From: Geotalea uraniireducens Rf4
Lineage (GTDB): Bacteria > Desulfobacterota > Desulfuromonadia > Geobacterales > Geobacteraceae
Reading direction: 5' to 3'
Assembly: GCF_000016745.1 (NCBI RefSeq)
Contig: NC_009483.1
Span: forward strand, 4,050,001-4,082,000
Length of the DNA: 32,000 nt
Shown here piece by piece: positions 8,340 through 15,205 of the stretch. A program made the translations under genes and the position numbers. Each line of letters begins with the position of its first letter. Position 1 is the first letter of the stretch. The notes under the pieces are model-generated. The model was not told the origin of the DNA, ran no database searches, and saw only the letters and a program-made list of their open reading frames with translations.

Positions 8340-9089
8340 TCAGCCGGTGTCACCGGCAGGCTTGCGGCGGGATATGGCGACATCGGTGGCGGCAAGCTCA
8401 AGAAAACGTACCGCCATTTCGGGCCCTTTGGCCTCCTCCTCGTGCTTGAAAAAAACGAAAACATCCTCCCATTTTTGCGCGAGGATCATGTCCATCCATT
8501 GGGAGAGGTCGGCATCCGTATAATCGGAACGGCGCAGGCGCAGGTATCCCCAGGACGCCGTGCTGACGATCTCATGGGCCGGGTTCTCGTCGGTATCCTC
8601 GATGCACAGGCTGTATCCCCGTTCACGCAGGAGGTCCGCAATTCCGGCATCGAGCCAGGTCGGGCTGCGGAGATCAAAGGCGCAGTGCACGTTTTCCGGA
8701 ATCAGGGGGAGAAAATCTTCCAGCGCAGCGCGGTTCTTTTTCGCATGAAAACTCTTGGGAAACTGAAAGAGGGCCGGCCCCAGTTTCCGCTCCAGGACCG
8801 ACAGTGTCCTGAAGAAGTAGTCGGTCTCCTCACCCACGTTTCGGAGCTGCTTCAGATGCGTTATGACCTGGGGCGCCTTGAGCGCGAAGGCAAAATCGTC
8901 GGGGACCTGTTCCGCCCAAGGTGCGAGGACCCCCACTGTGGGCATGTGATAAAAGGTATAATTGATCTCCACCGCGTTGAGGCGTTCTCCATAGAAGCGG
9001 AGCATTTCCTTGGGCGAGATCTTTTCCGGATAGAATATTCCTTTCCATTCCTTGTATCCGTACCCGCTCGTACCGACATGGATTTTCAT
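8340..9089 (-). CDS. DUF72 (UPF0759, YecE-like) domain-containing protein
   Basis: MKIHVGTSGYGYKEWKGIFYPEK......FYGERLNAVEINYTFY..P.......W....P.DF.F.LKAPQ.ITH...L...FQFP.SF.....WGY.RL is the typical DUF72 pattern. Its ATG (9089-9087) overlaps the LigD TGA (9088-9086) as ATGA. GGAGG SD lies upstream. Confidence 0.85.
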   Translation of the reverse strand: MKIHVGTSGYGYKEWKGIFYPEKISPKEMLRFYGERLNAVEINYTFYHMPTVGVLAPWAEQVPDDFAFALKAPQVITHLKQLRNVGEETDYFFRTLSVLERKLGPALFQFPKSFHAKKNRAALEDFLPLIPENVHCAFDLRSPTWLDAGIADLLRERGYSLCIEDTDENPAHEIVSTASWGYLRLRRSDYTDADLSQWMDMILAQKWEDVFVFFKHEEEAKGPEMAVRFLELAATDVAISRRKPAGDTG

Positions 9090-10690
9090 AGGTTACCTCC
9101 TTCGCCGCCGCTGTCGCGCACCACTTCGCGGGCGGTTTTGTCCTCGCGCAGCCGCAGGAAAACGGGGTGTCTCATGACGGCATCTTCAGTCCAGCCGGAT
9201 AAGGAAATCTCGCAGACCAGCTCCGGCTTTACCCAGGTGGCCGGGGTATTGGTCTCCGGCCGCACTTTAAAAGGGCATTCCTTCCGGATCAGGGGCTCCA
9301 GTTTCGCGCGGATTTCCTGCAGATCTTTCGCCCCGAATCCGCCTCCCGAATGGCCGATGTAGATCAGCTCGTCCCCTTGGAACACGCCCAGGACGAGGGT
9401 GCCGAAACACTTTCTCCCACCCCTCGGTTCCGTGAAACCGGCGATCACCCCCTCCTGCGTGAGCCGCGTCTTCACCTTCAGCCACTGCCGGCTCCTTATC
9501 CCCATCTGGTACGCGCTTTGCGCATGTTTGGCGATGATCCCCTCCAGTCCCTTTTCTCTTACGACGGTGAAAAACAGGACCCCATCTTTCCATACGTGAT
9601 CGCTGTATTTTATTTTCGGGGCTGAAGGGAGGATTTTTTTCAGGATCTCTTTCCTCCTGAGCAGGGGGAGGCCGGTCAGATCATGTCCCTGGAAGTAGAG
9701 GAGGTCGAAGACGTAGTAAAGAAGATGGCCGTTTCCAGACTTCTGGTAATTCTGCAGCAACTGGAAATCGGGATGTCCCCGATCATCCACGACGACGATT
9801 TCGCCGTCCAGAACCGCATCGAATCTGCATTCCCGCAACGCGTCCGCGATGGGAGAAAACTTTTGTTGCAACGAGAGCAGGTTTCGGGAATAGAGCGCGA
9901 CGTCTCCGTCCCGCATCTCTGCGATGGCCCGGTACCCGTCCCATTTCACTTCGAAGACCCAGTCCGGATGGTCGAACGGTTCCCTGGCCAGGGTCGCGAG
10001 CATCGGTTTTATGTTGTGCGGCATCGGTTTAACCGGCGCATCATGCAGCTCTTCGCTTTCCTTCGCTTCGTGAAGCCGGATCTGATTTATTTTTTTTTGT
10101 TTGAAAGATTTCTGGCCGCCGGCTTCGAGCATCTCCTCCAGGGTTTTATGGGACACGACGGAACGGTTCTCCTGGAGAATTTCCCCCTTGCTTGCATAGC
10201 GGTCTTTTTTCTTCAGGAGCAGCCACGACTTCCCGTCCTTTCCCATCCTGACCAGCGCGAATTCACCCCGAAGTTTTTCCCCTTCGAGGACAAACTTCAT
10301 ATCCCCTTTTCTTAATCCGTCCAGAAGAAGTTTCTCGTTTTCGTTCTCATCTCCTGCAGAGGGGTGACGATAGAAACCCCGGTCCCAGATGATAACGCTT
10401 CCTGCGCCGTAATTACCCTCCGGGATAACCCCCTCGAAATCCCTGTAATCGAGCGGATGGTCTTCAACCATAACGGCCAGCCTTTTTACGGAAGGATCCA
10501 GCGAGGGTCCCTTCGGCACGGCCCAGCTTTTCAGAACCCCTTCCAGCTCCAGCCTGAGATCATAATGAAGGGCCCGGGCCGCGTGTTTGTGCACGACGAA
10601 CACGAGACGGCGCCCCTCGTGAGGAACGTCCGGTTTCGGTTCGGGTGTTTTCTCGAATCGCCGTTTGGATGCGTATTCCTTTAAGCCCAT
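9086..10690 (-). CDS. ligD: DNA ligase D, 3'-phosphoesterase domain plus ATP-dependent ligase domain (no polymerase domain)
   Basis: The N-terminus FVVHKHAARALHYDLRLELEGVLKSWAVPKGPS is the LigD PE domain. FEVKWDGYRAI is ligase motif I (KxDG), followed by OB-fold region motifs. Start assigned to ATG 10690 (MGLKEY...). Confidence 0.85.
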   Translation of the reverse strand: MGLKEYASKRRFEKTPEPKPDVPHEGRRLVFVVHKHAARALHYDLRLELEGVLKSWAVPKGPSLDPSVKRLAVMVEDHPLDYRDFEGVIPEGNYGAGSVIIWDRGFYRHPSAGDENENEKLLLDGLRKGDMKFVLEGEKLRGEFALVRMGKDGKSWLLLKKKDRYASKGEILQENRSVVSHKTLEEMLEAGGQKSFKQKKINQIRLHEAKESEELHDAPVKPMPHNIKPMLATLAREPFDHPDWVFEVKWDGYRAIAEMRDGDVALYSRNLLSLQQKFSPIADALRECRFDAVLDGEIVVVDDRGHPDFQLLQNYQKSGNGHLLYYVFDLLYFQGHDLTGLPLLRRKEILKKILPSAPKIKYSDHVWKDGVLFFTVVREKGLEGIIAKHAQSAYQMGIRSRQWLKVKTRLTQEGVIAGFTEPRGGRKCFGTLVLGVFQGDELIYIGHSGGGFGAKDLQEIRAKLEPLIRKECPFKVRPETNTPATWVKPELVCEISLSGWTEDAVMRHPVFLRLREDKTAREVVRDSGGEGGNL

Positions 10691-10713
10691 GTTGGTTGTT
10701 TGCCTCAAGGATT

Positions 10714-10809
10714 CATAACCCCTCCTAACCTCCCCTTATCTTAAGGGGAGGGACCCAAAATACAAGGCTTCCCCCTCTTAAGATTAAGAGGGGGTCAGGG
10801 GGAGTTATG
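10714..10809. repeat. Compound palindromic (REP/BIME-like) element between the LigD-Pol and LigD-PE/Lig genes
   Basis: Hairpin 1: CCTCCCCTTA (10729-10738) pairs with TAAGGGGAGG (10742-10751). Hairpin 2: CCCCCTCTTAA (10771-10781) pairs with TTAAGAGGGGG (10784-10794). Outer arms CATAACCCCTCCTAACC (10714-10730) and GGTCAGGGGGAGTTATG (10793-10809) are imperfectly complementary. Confidence 0.7.
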
Positions 10810-10817
10810 AGGTTCTT

Positions 10818-11723
10818 TCACAGATGAGGCAGCCTTTGCTTTTTCACCAGCACCTCCCTGAATAGGTCACCCTTTTCTTCGGCCCTGCGAACAGCCTCCG
10901 CATGGATGACCTGCAACCTTTCCGGGTCACCAAGCCCGGCCAGCCGCTCCAGTTCCCGCCATTCGAGGGGAAACGAAACATATGGTTTTTCCCGGGCCCG
11001 CAGGGAATACACACAGATCATCGTCGCTTTAGCATCATTTTGAGACCAGTTGATAAAGATCTTTGCCTTCCGGTAATCCTTCGCCATTCGTGCTGTCACC
11101 AGGTCCGGATAGTTTTTCTGAAGGATAACTGCCACGGCTTTTGAAAAAGTCTTGGTATCCTCAAAGGTCGTCTCCGGGCAGTTCAAGGGGACATAGACAT
11201 GGAGGCCTTTCTGGCCCGAGGTTTTCACAAAGCTTGCCAGCCGCAAGCGGGAGAGCAGGTCCCGCAGTATCAACGCCACCCGGGCGCAATCCAGGATGTC
11301 AGCCTCATCGCCGGGATCCAGATCGAAGACCATGGCATCGGGCGTTTCAGGGGAACCAGCCCTGGCGAGAGGCACATGGAGTTCAAGGGACGCAAGGTTC
11401 GCCACCCATATCAGCGTTTCCAGATCGTTGACCAGGCAGACCGTCATCCGCTCTCCGTCTTCCCTGCGGAGCTCTGCCGTTTTCGCCCAGGCCGGATGAT
11501 GGGAAGGACAACGCTTCTCGAAAAAGAACGCATCTTCCACCCCCTCGGGATAGCGTTTCAAGGTCAGTGCCCGGTCCTGCAGATGGGGGAGGATGAACGG
11601 TGCGATCCGGCGATAGTACGCCAGGACGTGGGCCTTGGTGAAGCCGTAGGAGGGGTAGAGCTCCTTTTCCAGGTTCGACAGGGAGAGCCTTCTCCCGCCG
11701 ATGGCGACGACTTTCCGGCTCAC
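10818..11723 (-). CDS. ligD: Stand-alone LigD polymerase/primase domain protein (NHEJ polymerase, AEP superfamily)
   Basis: ...LSNLEKELYPSYGFTKAHVLAYYRRIAPFILPHLQDRALTLKRYPEG...MVFDLDPG...FVKTSGQKGLHVYVPL... is the canonical LigD PolDom. Its GTG start at 11723 overlaps the Ku stop as GTGA. Confidence 0.85.
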   Translation of the reverse strand: MSRKVVAIGGRRLSLSNLEKELYPSYGFTKAHVLAYYRRIAPFILPHLQDRALTLKRYPEGVEDAFFFEKRCPSHHPAWAKTAELRREDGERMTVCLVNDLETLIWVANLASLELHVPLARAGSPETPDAMVFDLDPGDEADILDCARVALILRDLLSRLRLASFVKTSGQKGLHVYVPLNCPETTFEDTKTFSKAVAVILQKNYPDLVTARMAKDYRKAKIFINWSQNDAKATMICVYSLRAREKPYVSFPLEWRELERLAGLGDPERLQVIHAEAVRRAEEKGDLFREVLVKKQRLPHL

Positions 11724-12505
11724 CGGTTCTTCTTCACTTCGCGCATGATCTCCTCCAGCGCGGCGATCAGGTCGGCCGGGCCTTCTCCCTCTGCTTTCTC
11801 CACTTCAGGGGCCGCAACCGGCGCTTTTTCCTTCACCTTCTTCTTCAGGAGATCCATGACCTTGTCCCGGCGCTCGTCCGCATATTTCCCCGGGTTAAAG
11901 TCGGCCATCATGTTCTTGATGCTTTTCTTGATGCCGCTTTTAACTTCGGCCGCGATCTTTCCTTCTTTCGGCGCGATGTCTTCATCGGAAAGTACTTCGT
12001 CGCTGTAATGGAGCGTGATCAGGGTCAGTGCCCCCTCCGTGCTTTTGACCGCCACGAGATACTCACGCTCGGCCAGAACGAATTTTGCGAGCCCGGCCTT
12101 GTTTGTCCGGCGCATCACCTCCACCAGCAGCCGGTAAGCTTTTTCGCCCCCCTTCAAAGGAACGAGATAATACGGGTGATCGTAATAGATCGGATCCACT
12201 TCATTCATGTCGATGAACTCAACGATCTCGATCGTGCGACTCCGTTCGGGCGACACGGATTCCAGTTCCTCGTCCGTTATCGGCAGGTACCTGTCGGGCC
12301 CGATTTCGTATCCCCTGATGATCTCATCCGGGGGGACCATCTTTTCCTGTTCCGGGCAGAACATCCTTCTTGCGAGGGGAGAGTAATCCTTATCGTGGAG
12401 CAGGCGAAAAGAGACCCGGCCGATTGCAACGGCCTTCACCAACTGTACCGGAATTGCCACCAGGCTGAAACTGATCGTCCCGCTCCATATTCCCTGTACC
12501 GCCAT
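11720..12505 (-). CDS. ku: Ku protein (NHEJ DNA end-binding), paralog 1
   Basis: MAVQGIWSGTISFSLVAIPVQLVKA......FRLLH......L...M.CP......V..DEI.RGYE...D.Y..ITDEEL.......SRTIEI.EF.........YYD.PYYL.P matches the bacterial Ku core. It has a K-rich C-terminal tail. Confidence 0.9.
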   Translation of the reverse strand: MAVQGIWSGTISFSLVAIPVQLVKAVAIGRVSFRLLHDKDYSPLARRMFCPEQEKMVPPDEIIRGYEIGPDRYLPITDEELESVSPERSRTIEIVEFIDMNEVDPIYYDHPYYLVPLKGGEKAYRLLVEVMRRTNKAGLAKFVLAEREYLVAVKSTEGALTLITLHYSDEVLSDEDIAPKEGKIAAEVKSGIKKSIKNMMADFNPGKYADERRDKVMDLLKKKVKEKAPVAAPEVEKAEGEGPADLIAALEEIMREVKKNR

Positions 12506-12526
12506 TTCATCCCCCCTGACTGACCT

Positions 12527-13297
12527 TTACGCGACTTTCTTCAGACTCTCTTCAAGGGCCTGCAGCAGCTTGTCCGATGCTGTCGGTTTCAAGAGCCTGG
12601 GGCGCAGGAGTGCAATTTTTTCTCCGCGGGCTTTTTTCTCGATCAACTTTTGCAGCTTTTTCTCATGCTCGTTTTCGAATTTCTGCGGCTGAAAAGGAGT
12701 GGTCAACTGGTTGATCAGATCGCTCCCGATTTTCAGTTCCTTTTCGGACACTGGACTTTCCTGTAGCTCAAGGGATTTTACCGAAATCACTTCGTCGGCA
12801 TACCGCAGGGTATTCAGGCGAAGAATCTTTCCGCTTGCCTGCAAGGCCCCGAGATAGGAGCGATTCCTCATGGTCCAGGTGCAGATACCTTCTGCGCCCA
12901 TCTCCTGCAAAGCCCCGACAAGCTCGCTGTAACCTTCGGAATGAAGATCCGGCTCCAGGTAGTAGACGCGATCAAGGAAGATGGGGTCGATCTGTCCGGT
13001 CTTGACGAATTCGTGGACTTCGATCATCCGGCTGCTTTCAGGAGCGGTTTGTTCCAGCTCATCCGGGTCGACGATGATATATTTCCCCTCCTCCACTTCA
13101 AACCCCTTGGTCTGCGCTTCCGTCGGCACGGGTATTTTTTCGTAGGCACAGATCATCTGTTGGTGCAATTTCACATGATCGCGCTTGTGAAGGAGGTGAA
13201 ACTGAATCCGCTCCGCCTTGACCGCGGCATGCAGCTTCACGGCTACATCCGTATCCGCAAAGTGGATATATCCTTTCCAGATCGTTCCTCCTGCCAT
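12527..13297 (-). CDS. ku: Ku protein, divergent paralog 2
   Basis: MAGGTIWKGYIHFADTDVAVKLHAA......FHLLHKRD..KL.QQMIC......V......KGFEVEEGKYIIVDPDELE...PESSRMIEVHEFV.....DPIFLDRVYYLEP. Same core architecture as paralog 1 but clearly diverged. GGAGGA SD lies before ATG 13297. Confidence 0.85.
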   Translation of the reverse strand: MAGGTIWKGYIHFADTDVAVKLHAAVKAERIQFHLLHKRDHVKLHQQMICAYEKIPVPTEAQTKGFEVEEGKYIIVDPDELEQTAPESSRMIEVHEFVKTGQIDPIFLDRVYYLEPDLHSEGYSELVGALQEMGAEGICTWTMRNRSYLGALQASGKILRLNTLRYADEVISVKSLELQESPVSEKELKIGSDLINQLTTPFQPQKFENEHEKKLQKLIEKKARGEKIALLRPRLLKPTASDKLLQALEESLKKVA

Positions 13298-13383
13298 TGA
13301 AAATCCTCCACAGTTCCGGGCCGTTTGTTTTGCCCTTTTATGGGCTTACCTACAAGAGAAGTATCGCACAAAATGTCCCGCTG

Positions 13384-13715
13384 TCACGTTGTATCAATCA
13401 GTGGAATGGAGAACCCATGGAAGCCGAGGCTGGGGTTCAGGTCGATGAAGTTGACCGGGCCGATCAGTCCCGCCTCGCTGAAATAGGCCCCTTCGGGAAA
13501 AGGGGGGTGAAGGTTTGCGGCACGTACTTGAGCGGGTCCCACAGCTCGGTGCGCCGGCTGGGGGCGGCTAGATATCGATAATCCTCGTCGGCGCAGTCAA
13601 GCCGGTAGGGAGCGGACTGGAAGAGAGTTCCCGTGTCGGCAGTTGCACCCTCCGGGCGGCTGAGAAGCAACGCGGCCAAAATGAAAAATAAGCTGACCCC
13701 TTGCAAAGTGGACAT
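13384..13715 (-). pseudogene. Truncated, frameshifted 5' remnant of an alginate-export-like outer-membrane protein gene
   Basis: 83-aa ORF with a GGAGGGGG SD and signal peptide MSTLQGVSLFFILAALLL. It then reads APYRLDCADEDYRYLAAPSRRTELWDPLKYVP, which resembles the conserved N-terminus of alginate-export family porins (normally about 450 aa). The reading frame breaks near 13464, and a shifted frame (GAYFSEAGLIGPVNF...) stops at 13384. Confidence 0.35.
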
Positions 13716-13896
13716 CGATACCCCCTCCGGAACTCAAGCCCCCTGTACAAACCCTGAAACCCGAACTCGACGAGCGCCTGCCGGTAGGCCGACTCACCGG
13801 CGGGAATGCCGTTTATCCGCTCCACCTTGATCTGTTTCCGGTGGTTGAACTCCAGGGAGACGAAGCGATACGTGCCGATATGCTGCAAGGCTGAAT

Positions 13897-15138
13897 TTAG
13901 GGTTGCTTCACCGTCACATCGACAAGGTTTTGCAACGTATCCGAACCGATCGTCTTTACTTCCATTTCGGCATCAGAGAAAACATATTCTGGTCCTTTTC
14001 CATTGAAATTCTCCCGCGAATAAAGGACATCAACCCCTTTCCCGACAAGATACTCCGCAAGCTTTATCCCTTTCCCTTTATCCATCGCCACAAAGGGGTT
14101 TTCCACTATTTCACGATAAAGGACTGCTCCGTCCGTAATTCTCTTATCCCACAGCGCGACAAACGGAGCGGCACCAAAGTGCGCTGATATTTCGCCGTCG
14201 CGGTTTGCGAGCGGCACGGCGAATCGCAGCCATTCTTTCCTTTCAGGCTCATAGTGGATGGTTACCTTTTCCACGAACGGAATCCGTTGCCGTATCTCTC
14301 GCTCCATCCTGTCGACTACCTCATGGGCCTCTTTCAGCCTCTTTAGAGAGAGCCGCACTTCAATGCCCACAAAGACGAACCTGCCGGAGTTGCGGGCCAC
14401 GATGGAAACGATTTCCGAAACTTCGTGAAAACCTCGGACGATCCCTGTCATTTCGTCCAGAGTGGCCTCACCGACGGAAGCGTCGAGGAGGCTCCTTATC
14501 GAATTCCGAGCGATTTCGTAACCGACCTTGAGGACCAGGAGCAAGACCACAAAGGCAGCGGCCCTGTCAAGAAAGGGGTAGGTAAGCCGTGCTCCGGCTA
14601 TCCCCGCCGTCACCACGGCCAATGGAGCCAGGTCGGTCCGCCAGTTTTCGGCGTCGGCCAGCAGAGAAGGGGAGTTGAGCGACCTTGCCCGCTCACGCTC
14701 GTAGCGGAAGAAAAAAAAGATCGGCAGTGTCATCAGGAAGAGGATGGCTATGGTTACATCGAGGTGTTTCAGCCCGCCTAAGGATGGATGAATTATAGTC
14801 TTTGCAATTTCGTAGGCGGAGATGAATATCAATCCTGCCGAAAGGAGCGCCGCAAGGTTTTCCGCCTTGTAGAGACCCCATGGGAATTTCGCCGATTTTA
14901 TCCCGGCAAGGCTTATCCCCCCAAGGACGAGGAGGCTTCCTACAACATCGCTTAATGAATGAACGGTTTCAGCAAGAAGCGCGGTACTGCTGGTGAGCAG
15001 ATAGAGGAAGTATTTTGCGATGGTCAGGGATAAATTGAGACCGAGGGAATACACAGCGAGTCTCTTTCCTTCATTTGCAGCGGCCGGTGCGCTGTTTACC
15101 GCTCCCCCGCCCGATAAGATTCCGAAAAATCCGATCAT
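13897..15138 (-). CDS. Cation diffusion facilitator (CDF) transporter fused to a C-terminal NifX/NifB-like (dinitrogenase FeMo-cofactor biosynthesis, PF02579-like) domain
   Basis: The CDF membrane domain has ETVHSLSDVVGS in TM2 and ADAENWRTD in TM5. The CDF cytoplasmic domain reads ...VSEIVSIVARNSGRFVFVGIEVRL...IHYEPE. About 110 extra residues follow (RFAVPLANRDGEISAHFGAAPFVALWD...GKGIKLAEYLVGKGVDVLYS...), matching the NifX/NifB-C fold signature. Confidence 0.75.
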   Translation of the reverse strand: MIGFFGILSGGGAVNSAPAAANEGKRLAVYSLGLNLSLTIAKYFLYLLTSSTALLAETVHSLSDVVGSLLVLGGISLAGIKSAKFPWGLYKAENLAALLSAGLIFISAYEIAKTIIHPSLGGLKHLDVTIAILFLMTLPIFFFFRYERERARSLNSPSLLADAENWRTDLAPLAVVTAGIAGARLTYPFLDRAAAFVVLLLVLKVGYEIARNSIRSLLDASVGEATLDEMTGIVRGFHEVSEIVSIVARNSGRFVFVGIEVRLSLKRLKEAHEVVDRMEREIRQRIPFVEKVTIHYEPERKEWLRFAVPLANRDGEISAHFGAAPFVALWDKRITDGAVLYREIVENPFVAMDKGKGIKLAEYLVGKGVDVLYSRENFNGKGPEYVFSDAEMEVKTIGSDTLQNLVDVTVKQP

Positions 15139-15205
15139 ATCTTATCTCAACCCCTCAGTAGCGATAACCGTGCCGACGCCCGCATAACGGCAACACAAAT
15201 CCGCC

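Noticed and set aside
7506-9362. 618-aa plus-strand ORF spanning three minus-strand genes
   Set aside because: It is antisense to the alpha/beta hydrolase, DUF72 and LigD genes, all of which have unmistakable family motifs and SD sequences. Its translation is R/G/A/P-rich with no recognisable domain, which is the typical high-GC antisense open frame.
13568-13888. 106-aa minus-strand ORF (MQHIGTYRFVSLEFNHRKQIKVERINGIPAGESAYRQALVEFGF...)
   Set aside because: Its first ~50 residues vaguely resemble a C-terminal fragment of some larger protein, but I cannot name the family. The second half overlaps the better-supported signal-peptide ORF at 13464..13715 in another frame and looks like noise. No SD is present. 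It may be another gene remnant, but that is unsupported.
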